54,064 nucleotides of DNA from Polyangiaceae bacterium (lineage in GTDB: Bacteria > Myxococcota_A > Polyangia > Polyangiales > Polyangiaceae): assembly GCA_044222475.1 (NCBI GenBank), contig JBGANF010000045.1, forward strand, positions 1-54,064, in the 5' to 3' direction. A program made the position numbers and the translations under genes. How positions within the stretch are numbered: the stretch's first letter is position 1; each line of letters begins with the position of its first letter. This document shows, in pieces, positions 19,678-28,630 of this stretch. A model generated the notes under the pieces. That model did not search any database. It worked only from the letters and a program-made list of their open reading frames with translations, and was not told the DNA's origin.

Positions 19678-20624
19678 AGAAGCGCTCGCTTCATCTTCTC
19701 CTCGTCGCCGCCGCCGTTCTCGGGTTCTCCCAAGGAGCCAACGCCGCCGACCCGACCAAGGAAGAGTGCGTGCAAGCCAACGATCGGCAGCAAGCGCTCC
19801 GGGCGCAGAACAAGCTCCGTGCTGCGCGGGACGCGGCCCGTACCTGCGCAGCACCGAGCTGCGGGCGCCTCGCGAGCGAGTGCGCGCAGGCGAGCTACGA
19901 GATCGAGAAGCTCATCCCGACGATCGTCTTCGAGGTGAAGGACGGTGACGGGCACGACCTCGTCGCCGTCACCGTCAGCGTCGACGGCCAGAAGATCGCC
20001 GACAAGCTCGACGGGACGGCCCTCGAGGTCGACGTGGGCGCTCACGACTTCTCGTTCGTGGCCAATGGGCAGACCGTCACCCAGAACTTCGTGATTCGCG
20101 AGGGTGACAAGGTTCGCCACGAGCGGATCACGATCGGTCGTCCGAGCACGACGACGACCACGAACCCGCCGCCCGTCGACCCTCCCCCGGTGTCGACGAC
20201 GCCAACCGTGCCTCCCGACGTACCTCCGCCAGCGGACACCGGCTCCGCTGGTACCATCCAACGCATCATCGGGTTGGCCGTCGCCGGCGTGGGCCTCGTC
20301 GGCGGAGTGTCGCTCGGCGTCGCGTATCGCGTCGCCGGCAACGACCTCAACGCGAACATCCCGAACCTCTGTCCCGGCGGAACGACGGCAGACGGAGCGT
20401 GCAAGGTTGCGTCGGAGGACCAGACGCGACTGGACGCCCGCTCGACCGTGTCGACCGACTACGTAATCTCGGGAGTCGCATTCGGCATCGGCGGCGCGCT
20501 CCTGGTCACCGGGCTCATCGTCTTCTTCACTGCCCCCAAAGCGAAGACGTCGGCCCAGTCGCTGTTCGTTGCACCATCGTTCGGGAACGGCGGAGGAGGC
20601 CTGCTCCTCGAGGGTACGTTCTAG
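19668..20624 (+). CDS. Exported TPR-like/PEGA-like protein with Gly-rich hydrophobic helices and terminal Phe
   Basis: Signal peptide ...GANA; Cys-containing helical N-domain; PEGA-like VSVDG...EVDVGAH; C-terminus GGGGLLLEGTF; overlaps the kinase stop. Confidence 0.78.
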   Translation: MSVKKRSLHLLLVAAAVLGFSQGANAADPTKEECVQANDRQQALRAQNKLRAARDAARTCAAPSCGRLASECAQASYEIEKLIPTIVFEVKDGDGHDLVAVTVSVDGQKIADKLDGTALEVDVGAHDFSFVANGQTVTQNFVIREGDKVRHERITIGRPSTTTTTNPPPVDPPPVSTTPTVPPDVPPPADTGSAGTIQRIIGLAVAGVGLVGGVSLGVAYRVAGNDLNANIPNLCPGGTTADGACKVASEDQTRLDARSTVSTDYVISGVAFGIGGALLVTGLIVFFTAPKAKTSAQSLFVAPSFGNGGGGLLLEGTF

Positions 20625-20647
20625 CGGTTGCCCATCCCTTGGCCACG

Positions 20648-21463
20648 ATGCGTGACGACCTTGCTCGACTCTACTCGGTGTTCGCACGCTACCCCCGGCC
20701 CACGCGGATCGAGTCGTGTCCATGCTGCACCCGCGAGGGCGACGTCGCCGCACTCCACTCGCGTCCGCTCACCGAGCTGACCGACGACGACCTCTCGCTC
20801 TTCGCGATGAAGGCGATCACGACGATGGGGAGCGTCGACGACCTCCGCCACTACCTCCCGCGCATGATCGAGCTGGCGAGCGACGGGGCGGCCTGCGTCG
20901 ACGTGCAACGAATCGGCCAGAAGCTCGACGTCGGCGAGGTGACGACGTGGCCGGCGGACGAGCGCGCGGCGCTCGAGGCTTGGGTCCGCGCTCAGTTCGA
21001 CCTCGTCCTCGACGAAGGTGATGCGAGGGACATCGTCCTCGTGGCGCACGCGCTCGGACTCCGGCTCGAGCCGTTCGTCGCCCGAACCGACCTCGCTACG
21101 CAGGCGGCGACCCGAGCGGCGGTGTCGGAGCTCGAGCCCCCGTGGCAGGGCCCGGTCGTCGTCGTCGACATCCCGTCGGATGGTGTGCCACTCACCGTCC
21201 CCGTGCGGCCGGGAGCGGAGATCGCGATCGGCCGGCGCGTCGACAGCGACATCATCGTGGCCGGCCTCGCCGGCTCGACGCTCCTGGTTCGCACCGACGC
21301 CGACGGCGCGAGCGAGATCCACCTCGTCCACGGTTTGTTCGCGCTGCGAGTGAACGGCGAGCGGGTGGTGAGATCGCGGGCGCTTCGCGACGGGGATCGG
21401 ATCGAGCTCGATCGTCCCGACGGCGAGCTCGCGCTCCGCATGACGTACCGGCTCACTCCCTGA
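20648..21463 (+). CDS. Hypothetical protein: N-terminal CPCC/helical domain plus C-terminal FHA-like domain
   Basis: VFARYPRP...CPCC, DDLRHYLPR; C-terminal IAIGRRVDSDI...RVNGERV..RALRDGDRIEL. Confidence 0.65.
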   Translation: MRDDLARLYSVFARYPRPTRIESCPCCTREGDVAALHSRPLTELTDDDLSLFAMKAITTMGSVDDLRHYLPRMIELASDGAACVDVQRIGQKLDVGEVTTWPADERAALEAWVRAQFDLVLDEGDARDIVLVAHALGLRLEPFVARTDLATQAATRAAVSELEPPWQGPVVVVDIPSDGVPLTVPVRPGAEIAIGRRVDSDIIVAGLAGSTLLVRTDADGASEIHLVHGLFALRVNGERVVRSRALRDGDRIELDRPDGELALRMTYRLTP

Positions 21464-21557
21464 TATTGCTGTCCCATGTCGACTCACTCCTCCATCCTCC
21501 GGATGCAGAAGATGCTCGCGAACACCCTCGCGTGGCTCGACGAAGCCTCGGCCCACG
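21444..21557 (+). repeat. 114-bp direct repeat, copy 1 (upstream region + 5' end of the DUF1993 gene)
   Basis: Aligns to 22553-22666 with 7 mismatches and no gaps (offset 1109). Confidence 0.93.
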
Positions 21558-21583
21558 TCGCCCCGTCGACCGTGGAGCGGTAG
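21476..21583 (+). pseudogene. Truncated 5' fragment of the DUF1993 gene (35 aa)
   Basis: MSTHSSILRMQKMLANTLAWLDEASAH then VAPSTVER*, versus intact MSTHSSIHQMQKMLANSLAWLDKASAH. Confidence 0.85.
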
Positions 21584-21595
21584 AGGAAGAGCTCC

Positions 21596-21949
21596 ATGTT
21601 CGGAGCGCAGAGCCCTCCTCCCCAAGGCATCGGCAGCGGGCAATGGGGTTCTCTCGAAATCTTGCTCGACTACTTTGCTCTTCTTTGGGACAGGGCTCTC
21701 GTCACTCCGCGGATCGCGATCGATGGCTACTGGTCACACCGGCCGTGGGGGCGCCACTCCATCCCGCTCCTCGCCGGCGAGCATTGGGTGCGTGTCTGTT
21801 ACCCGACTCTCTTCGGTTCCGAGGCAGGCCCGGCCCAGTGCGCGTTCGCGATCTACCCGGGCACGGTGACGATGGTTCGATACGACGCACCGTTTTTCAG
21901 GTTCTCCAATGGCACGATCCGCGTCGTGAACACCCGGCCGATCACCTGA
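21596..21949 (+). CDS. Small hypothetical beta-rich protein
   Basis: 117-aa ORF with GAGGAAG RBS and protein-like composition (PRIAIDG..PWG...GEHWVRV). Confidence 0.6.
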   Translation: MFGAQSPPPQGIGSGQWGSLEILLDYFALLWDRALVTPRIAIDGYWSHRPWGRHSIPLLAGEHWVRVCYPTLFGSEAGPAQCAFAIYPGTVTMVRYDAPFFRFSNGTIRVVNTRPIT

Positions 21950-22514
21950 GCTCCACGACGATCGACATCGGATACTTGTAGTTGGAACACTGGTCCTCGT
22001 GGCAAAGGACGAACGACAAGTCTCCAGTCACGGGAATGCTACCGCCCAACCCCATCGTGAACGTGACCGACGAGGCGATGTCCCCGTACGAGCCGAGCGC
22101 GGCAGCGTCCACCGTGGTCCCGAATCGCGATTCGTACTCCATGAATTCGGAGGGAGGCGGCGATGCCACGAACCCAATCGACCTCGCGCGCAGGGGGGGC
22201 GACGCGATGAGCGTCGCTTGCACGACGACCCTCCACCTGGGACGAGTCTCGGTGGGGGGAGCGACGCGCTGAACCGACAGCCATGCCCTGAACGCGTTCG
22301 GCTTGGCGACGACAGCGCCCCCGTCGTCTACATCGACCTCGGCTGCGTCGGGGCTGGCTCCGACGCTCGCTTCGAGCGTGGAGGCGTCTCGCTCCACCAA
22401 GTGCTGCGCGGCAATCGGTTTGGCGGGCGCCCCAGGCGTGCATGCCGCCAGGATCGACGCGCAGGGCAACACGCTTCCAAGTCTGATCGCCATGCCAACC
22501 GACGACAGTAGCAT
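21942..22514 (-). CDS. Lipoprotein with DsbD-N-like C-terminal CxxxxC motif
   Basis: ILAA-C lipobox; VTGDLSFVLCHEDQC; the start could instead be the later ATG (MAIRLG). Confidence 0.55.
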   Translation of the reverse strand: MLLSSVGMAIRLGSVLPCASILAACTPGAPAKPIAAQHLVERDASTLEASVGASPDAAEVDVDDGGAVVAKPNAFRAWLSVQRVAPPTETRPRWRVVVQATLIASPPLRARSIGFVASPPPSEFMEYESRFGTTVDAAALGSYGDIASSVTFTMGLGGSIPVTGDLSFVLCHEDQCSNYKYPMSIVVELR

Positions 22515-22552
22515 GTGTTCGTGACCTCTCGCTCTTCACGCGAGATCGAGGG

Positions 22553-22666
22553 CGTACCGGCTCGCTGCCTGATATTGCTGTCCCATGTCGACCCACTCCT
22601 CCATCCACCAGATGCAGAAGATGCTCGCGAACAGCCTCGCGTGGCTCGACAAAGCCTCGGCCCACG
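22553..22666 (+). repeat. 114-bp direct repeat, copy 2
   Basis: See 21444-21557. Confidence 0.93.
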
Positions 22667-23106
22667 CCAAGGCGAAGAAGTTCGAGCCCGACGCATTCCT
22701 CAGCTCGCGGCTCGCTCCCGACCAGTACGCGTTCGTCCGCCAGCTCCAAGCCGCCTGCGACACCGTGAAGCTCGCCGCCGCCCGCCTCGCCGGTCGCGAA
22801 GCCCCCAAGCACCCCGACACCGAGGCCACGGTCGAACAGATCCGCGGGCGCATCCAAGCCGTCATCGCGTACCTGGACGGCTTCAGCGAGGCCGATTTCG
22901 CCGGCGCCGAAGCGCGCGTGCTCGAGCTCGCGTTCCTCCCGCGGGGCAAGAGCATCACCGGCGCCCATTACCTCGACGAGTTCGTGATCCCGAACTTCTA
23001 CTTCCACGTGACCACCGCGTACGCGATCCTCCGCCACGACGGCGTCGACCTCGGCAAGTACGACTACATCGGCTCGCTCGAGCTGAACGACGTCACGCCC
23101 GGCTGA
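22585..23106 (+). CDS. DUF1993 family protein (DinB-like fold)
   Basis: RLAPDQYAFVRQLQAACD, ARLAG, PNFYFHVTTAYAILRHDGVDLGKYDYIG. Confidence 0.93.
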   Translation: MSTHSSIHQMQKMLANSLAWLDKASAHAKAKKFEPDAFLSSRLAPDQYAFVRQLQAACDTVKLAAARLAGREAPKHPDTEATVEQIRGRIQAVIAYLDGFSEADFAGAEARVLELAFLPRGKSITGAHYLDEFVIPNFYFHVTTAYAILRHDGVDLGKYDYIGSLELNDVTPG

Positions 23107-24565
23107 GACGCCGGCGCACGAGCGCGGCGATGCCCAGCAGCGCCAAGAGCCACGACGACCCCGACGTCGTGCGCGCGCCCGCGTTGCACGCGCAGCCACC
23201 ATCGTCCGACATGGGGTCGCCGTTCGTCGACGCGTCGCTCCCCGCATCGGGCACCGGCCGCACGACGCAGGTGTGCGTCGTGGAATCGCACTGCTTCGCG
23301 CCGCTGCATTGAAGATCGCTCCTGCACTCGACGCACTGCCCGGCGACGCAGACGTTGCTGCCACACTCGTCGTCCTGGGCGCATGGCCGGCACGTCTTCG
23401 TCGACGCTTCGCACACCGGCGCCGAGGCGTTCGTGCAGTCGCTGCTCTTCACGCACCCGACGCACGTGTAGCTCGCGTCGTCGCAGACGGGCGTCGCGCC
23501 GGTGCACGCCTTGGCGTACGCCGAGGTACAGGGCACACATTGTCCCATTTTGGGACCACTCGTCGCACAGGCCGCATTGGGGGAGTCGCACGCGTTCCCG
23601 CTGTCGAACTTGTTGCAGGGCCGACACGCCGGCGGCGCGAGCACGCCGTCGCACACGGGGATCGTCACGACGCACGCTGCCGCGAAGTTCGACCACTGCT
23701 TCGCCACCGTGTACCCGGCGACCTTGAGGTAGCCCTGGTTCTGGCACACGTCGGAGATCTCCTGCGAGTCCCACGCCGTCGGCGCCACCGTCACCCACGC
23801 GATCGGCCGCGCGGTCGCGACCTTCTGGTTGACGAGGCCGACCTCGGGATCGGTCACCGCCTCGACGAGCTCGTGCGAGTGGATCGCGGTCGCCGTGTCC
23901 CACGGGTAGTTGCAGTCGGGGTGAATCCCGTACGGGATGCTCTTCCCGTTCAACGTCGTCGTGAAGTGGTACGCGCCGTACTGCTGGCACGCGTGCCACC
24001 CCTCGAGGAGGATGTCGTAACCGGCCGGGAAGTCGAACATGTAGAGCGTGTCGACGTTGCCCTGCGCGTCGAGCTTCGGCTGCGGCAAGGCGTTCGCCTG
24101 GATCTGCGCCACGAGCTCCGCCGCGACCTCGGCGTCGGTGAGGGCGGTCTTCGTGTTGATCGGCGTGATCGTCTTCGTGCCCCAGAACGTCCCGCGGCCG
24201 ATGTGCTGGTTCGATCCCGGCAGCGCATCGGCATAACCGTTCAATCCCAGCGTGTCGAACTCGCTGAGCCAGTCGAAGTACGCGCTCTTCGTGATCGCGG
24301 TGTAGAAGCCGCCGATCTGCTGTTGCGTCTGCGCGCGGACGTTCCCGGTCCAGAACACGGCGACGACCTCGACGTTCGAGATCACCCGACCGCCGTAGTA
24401 CTTCAGCTTGTCGTTGACGCCGAGCGGGTGGAGCGGGCGGTCACCGAGGACGAAGACGCCCGGCCGCGCGTGCGGCGCCACCACCCTATCGTCGGCTCGA
24501 GCCGACGACGGCGCGAGCGCGAGCGGCGCTGCCAACAGCCATCCCCAGAGTCCTGCCCGGCCCAT
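23093..24565 (-). CDS. MYXO-CTERM surface protein with HELxE domain and Cys-rich repeats
   Basis: Signal peptide ..ARA; LKYYGGRVI, GAYH, HSHELVEAVTDP, EISDVC; C-terminal GGCAC...WLLALLGIAALVRRR. Confidence 0.85.
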   Translation of the reverse strand: MGRAGLWGWLLAAPLALAPSSARADDRVVAPHARPGVFVLGDRPLHPLGVNDKLKYYGGRVISNVEVVAVFWTGNVRAQTQQQIGGFYTAITKSAYFDWLSEFDTLGLNGYADALPGSNQHIGRGTFWGTKTITPINTKTALTDAEVAAELVAQIQANALPQPKLDAQGNVDTLYMFDFPAGYDILLEGWHACQQYGAYHFTTTLNGKSIPYGIHPDCNYPWDTATAIHSHELVEAVTDPEVGLVNQKVATARPIAWVTVAPTAWDSQEISDVCQNQGYLKVAGYTVAKQWSNFAAACVVTIPVCDGVLAPPACRPCNKFDSGNACDSPNAACATSGPKMGQCVPCTSAYAKACTGATPVCDDASYTCVGCVKSSDCTNASAPVCEASTKTCRPCAQDDECGSNVCVAGQCVECRSDLQCSGAKQCDSTTHTCVVRPVPDAGSDASTNGDPMSDDGGCACNAGARTTSGSSWLLALLGIAALVRRRLSRA

Positions 24566-24629
24566 GGCGAAAGAAGAGCAGACGGCGGCCGCGGAGTCGA
24601 CTGGCGCCAAGATCGGCTATTCTGAAGGC

Positions 24630-25622
24630 TTGAGGCCGTCCGCAGAGCTCGAAGCGAGTGCGCGCATGCGCGTCGGCCGGCACCTCCGGGGCGACAAGTA
24701 CCGCCTCGACCAACTGCTCGGCGTCGGCGCGATGGGCGCGGTCTACGCGGCGACTCACCGCAACGGCAGCTCGGTCGCCGTCAAGCTCCTCCACCAAGAC
24801 CACGCGCGCGACCCGGACGTGAAACGACGGTTCCTCCGCGAAGGGTACCTCGCGAACAAGGTGAAGCACCCGGGCGTCGTCCGCATCCTCGACGACGACG
24901 TCGACGACGACGGATCGGCGTTCCTCGTGATGGACCTCCTCGAAGGGCGCACGCTCGAGGCGGAGTGCCAATCCCAAGGCCGCCATCTGCCGGTCCCACG
25001 CGTCGGCCAAGTCACGTTGGCGCTGCTCGACATCCTCGCCGCGGTCCACGCCGAAGGCATCGTCCATCGCGACATCAAGCCGGAGAACGTCTTCGTCACG
25101 AAGCGCGGCGAGATCATGCTCCTCGATCTCGGCATCGCGCGTCTCGTGATCGAGTCGCGCAGCATGACCGCGAGCGGCACGATGTTGGGCACCCCCGAGT
25201 TCGTCGCCCCCGAGCAAGCGGGAGGCAACGTGCGCGAGGTCGACGGCCGCACCGATCTCTACTCCGTCGGGGCCGTGATGTTCACGCTCCTCACCGGCCG
25301 CTACGTGCACGAGGGCCGGACGCCGATGCAGAGCATGCTCATGGCGGCGACGCAGCCTGCCCGCAGCATCTTCGACGTGTGGCCCGACGCGCCGGGCGGC
25401 ATCGCGAACGTGATCGACGTCGCTCTGTCGTTCGAGAAGACCAAGCGCTGGCCATCGGCGCTCGACATGCGCACCGCGCTCGCGCGCTCGGTCGCCCAGT
25501 TCGACGTCACGAGCCCCGTCGGTCCCACGCAGCCGGCCCCGCCGCCCGCCGTGGAGCGGCACGGCACGACGGGCACGGTGATCCTCCCGGACGCTGCGCC
25601 GAACCGGCCGCCGCGAAGGTGA
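24630..25622 (+). CDS. Soluble Ser/Thr protein kinase (DLG variant); paralog of 17050-18072
   Basis: LGVGAMGAVY, HRDIKPEN, DLG, GTPEFVAPE; TTG start with TATTCT 6 nt upstream (ATG 24666 is an alternative). Confidence 0.9.
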   Translation: MRPSAELEASARMRVGRHLRGDKYRLDQLLGVGAMGAVYAATHRNGSSVAVKLLHQDHARDPDVKRRFLREGYLANKVKHPGVVRILDDDVDDDGSAFLVMDLLEGRTLEAECQSQGRHLPVPRVGQVTLALLDILAAVHAEGIVHRDIKPENVFVTKRGEIMLLDLGIARLVIESRSMTASGTMLGTPEFVAPEQAGGNVREVDGRTDLYSVGAVMFTLLTGRYVHEGRTPMQSMLMAATQPARSIFDVWPDAPGGIANVIDVALSFEKTKRWPSALDMRTALARSVAQFDVTSPVGPTQPAPPPAVERHGTTGTVILPDAAPNRPPRR

Positions 25623-26864
25623 TCAGTAGAGGCCAGCGTTGAAGCCGGCGGGCACGGCGTAGTTGAACGCGTTCTGGCCGAAGTTCGCCGTGAACGCGTT
25701 GATCGAGCTCGAATAGAAGGTGACGCCGGCGTGCACGGTCCCCGACAAGCCGATGACGGCCGGCGCCACGTTCGCGCCCGGGTTGCCGCCGTTGTACCAG
25801 GTGCCGTTGTGACCGAACCACGCGCGCTTGTTGTCCATGTCGAGCGCGAACATGTAGATCTTCCCCGTCTGGATCGGGGAGTTGAACGGCGGCTGGCCGC
25901 TGACGATGGAAGCTCCAGACCACGACATGTAGTAGCTGGTGCAGCACGTCCCGTAGCCAAACGCGATGCCCGATGGGACCAAGCCGATGTAGCCCGGGTT
26001 GTTCGGCATGCCGGTTTCGACGAGGCCGATGCCACCGGCGTCCGTCGTTCCGTCGCCGCCGATCGCAGTGACCTCCCAGTACCACTTGCCGGTCGACTTC
26101 CCGACGACCGATCGCGCGTGCTTGGTACCGGCGTTGTTGGCCGAGATCGTGCGGTTGCCGTTCGCGTAGTTGATGCCGGGCAGGCTCCACGACGGATCCC
26201 ACGCCGTGTAGTTGATCACGAAGTTCGCCGTGGCGGTCTTCGGTCCGTTCATCGCGACGACGCACTGACCGCCACCGCCGCATGCGCCGCTCCAACCCGT
26301 GAACGCGTAGCCACCCGCGGGTGTTGCGGTCAGCGTGACGTTCGAGCCCGTGTCGAACGATGCGACGCACGTCGATCCGCAGTTGATCCCTGCCGGCGCC
26401 GAGGTGACCGTCCCCTGCCCGACCTTCGTGACCGTCAGGTCGCTCTTCGGTTGCACGAAGGTGGCGGTGATGGTGGTGTCGGCCCCGAGCGTGATCGCGC
26501 ACGCGCCCGTCCCTTGGCAGGTGGGTAGCCCGCCATCGGGCGCGCCGCCGCTCCATCCCGCGAAGTCCCACCCCGCCGCGGCGACCGGCTTCAGCACGAC
26601 CGTGGTTCCGCGCGGGAGCTGTGCGCTGCACGTCGCACCACAGTCCACGCCGCTCGGCAGCGAAGTGATGGTGCCCTGCCCGACGCGCGTGACCGACAGC
26701 GTCACCGAGCCGGCCGGTGACGAGTCGACGGGACTGCTGGCTTCGATCCCCGAGTCGCTGGGCAGGAACCCAGGATCGACGGGCGTGTCACCGCCGCACG
26801 CCGCCAGCGAACAGGCGACGGCCGTCCCCACCACCGATCCGACGCGGTTGCCCCACACGCTCAC
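25623..26864 (-). CDS. Lipoprotein with two InlB-B/Flg_new-like repeats and a C-terminal SPRY-like domain
   Basis: SLAA-C; two GQGT(I/V)TS.P.G..CG.TC...F.GWSG...C repeats; GKWYWEV, FALDMDNKRAWFGHNG, NFGQNAFNYAVPAGF. Confidence 0.8.
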   Translation of the reverse strand: MSVWGNRVGSVVGTAVACSLAACGGDTPVDPGFLPSDSGIEASSPVDSSPAGSVTLSVTRVGQGTITSLPSGVDCGATCSAQLPRGTTVVLKPVAAAGWDFAGWSGGAPDGGLPTCQGTGACAITLGADTTITATFVQPKSDLTVTKVGQGTVTSAPAGINCGSTCVASFDTGSNVTLTATPAGGYAFTGWSGACGGGGQCVVAMNGPKTATANFVINYTAWDPSWSLPGINYANGNRTISANNAGTKHARSVVGKSTGKWYWEVTAIGGDGTTDAGGIGLVETGMPNNPGYIGLVPSGIAFGYGTCCTSYYMSWSGASIVSGQPPFNSPIQTGKIYMFALDMDNKRAWFGHNGTWYNGGNPGANVAPAVIGLSGTVHAGVTFYSSSINAFTANFGQNAFNYAVPAGFNAGLY

Positions 26865-26896
26865 GAAGCTACCTGACGGACGCCCCTCTGAGAATA

Positions 26897-26938
26897 GTCA
26901 TTTCTTCCTCGTTTCAAGTCGATCCGGAAAGAAATGAC
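26897..26938. promoter_or_regulatory. AT-rich 10-bp perfect inverted repeat between divergent genes (operator-like)
   Basis: GTCATTTCTT-N22-AAGAAATGAC. Confidence 0.5.
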
Positions 26939-27029
26939 CATGGACCTTACAGCGGAGCGGTAGTAGCTTTTTGGGTTCCGGAGGGGGACGTGGGCTGCGT
27001 TCTAGAGGCTCCCCTGCGGACACGATCCG

Positions 27030-28612
27030 ATGGAGTTCGTCCCTGGAACAGTCGTGGCGGACAAGTTCCGCCTGGAGAAGGAGCTCGGCAAAGGGGGCAT
27101 GGGATCGGTGTGGTCTGCGACCCATCTCGTGACGAAGAAGCGCGTCGCGGTGAAGCTCATGCACGCCAACTCGCCCGAGCTCACGGCGCGGTTCATTCGC
27201 GAAGCCCAGACGGCGAGTGCGGTCCGCCACCCGAACGTCGTCGAGATCCACGACGTGCTCGCGCTCCCCGACGGCACGCCATTGATGGTCATGGAGATGC
27301 TCACCGGCGAGTCGCTCGCGTCGAAGCTCGTGCGCGAGCGACGCCTCTCGCCGCTGGAGACCGCAGATCATGGGCCCCGTGATCTCGGCGGTCGCGGCCG
27401 CGCACGCGGCGGGGATCGTCCACCGCGACCTCAAGCCGGAGAACATCTTCCTCGCCGACTACGCCGGGGCCACGACGGGAGTCCCCAAGGTGTTGGACTT
27501 CGGTATCGCGAAGCTCGTCGCGCACAACGCGGGGCGCCGCCGAGTCGAACCTCACGCGCACGGGCTCGATCCTCGGAACGCCGTACTACATGTCACCCGA
27601 GCAGGTCTTCGGTGAGAAGGACGTGGACGTCCGCGCGGACATCTGGTCCCTCGGCGTCATCTTGTACGAGTGCCTCTGCGGGCACCGGCCGTTCGAGGGC
27701 GAGAACTTCGGACAGCTCCTGAAGGCCGTCACCATCGGGCGCTTCGAGCCGATCGAGAACGTCGCGCCGTGGGTCGGTGCGCACCTCTCGTCGCTCATCT
27801 CCCGCATGCTGCGCGATCGGAGCCAACGATTGACCGACCTCGCGGAGGTCGAGCATGCGCTCAGCGCCATCCGCGGAACGCCGAGCGGCCCCATGCTGCC
27901 GATGTCGCTCCCGCGCATCTCGCAAGTCGGCGCTGCGGCGACGGTCCTCCCGCAAACCGGCTCCGGCGGATATCCGGTCGTGCAGTCCTCTGGGGGCTTC
28001 CCGGCGGCTGCTCCGATGTCGGGTGGCTACCCGATGGCGCAGTCGTCCGGCGGCTATCCCGTGGCCCAACCTCCAAGTGGTGGCTTCGCAATGACCCCGG
28101 CCGGCGGCGGCCCCGCCGTCGCGAACGCCTCGGGCGGGTACCCCACTGCGCCCTCCCCTGCGATGACGCCTTCGCCCATGGTCCGCTCGCAGACGCTCGA
28201 GATGTCGCCGCGGCCCGACGCCGTGCCGATGCAGTCGCCCCCCTTCGGCAAGATCGCGCTCGTGGTCGGAGCAGTTCTCGTCCTCGGCGTCGGCGCGACG
28301 CTCGTCGTGCGAAGCGTCCGCCATGTCGATCCCGCCGCCGCCGCGTCCCCGTCCACGTCGGCGACCACGCCCGTCGAGACCGTCACGGCGCCCGTGACGT
28401 CGACCGTCACGTCATCCACCCCGACGACGAGCCTCGGGGTCCCCATCGCGGACGCAGGGGTGGCTGTCGCACCTCATGGAACTGCGCCGCACGGAGGCGC
28501 GTCGGCTTCGGGCGCCTCGTTGAACGGTGCTCCGCCCCCTCCGAGCGCGAGCAATGCAAACGCGAATCACACCGGTCCGACTGGCGGACTGTCGACCGCC
28601 GTCCCCTTCTGA
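27030..28612 (+). pseudogene. Membrane Ser/Thr kinase split over three frames (frameshifts at ~27363 and ~27533); pseudogene or sequencing error
   Basis: LGKGGMGSVW..VAVK in frame 27030; [11 protein letters not shown] in frame 27370; [18 protein letters not shown] segment and stalk in frame 27590. Confidence 0.88.
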
Positions 28613-28630
28613 TCTCTCGGGAGTCACTTC

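Noticed and set aside
21444..22666. Autonomous IS, prophage or integron
   Set aside because: No transposase or integrase, no terminal inverted repeats, no attC-like structures recognised
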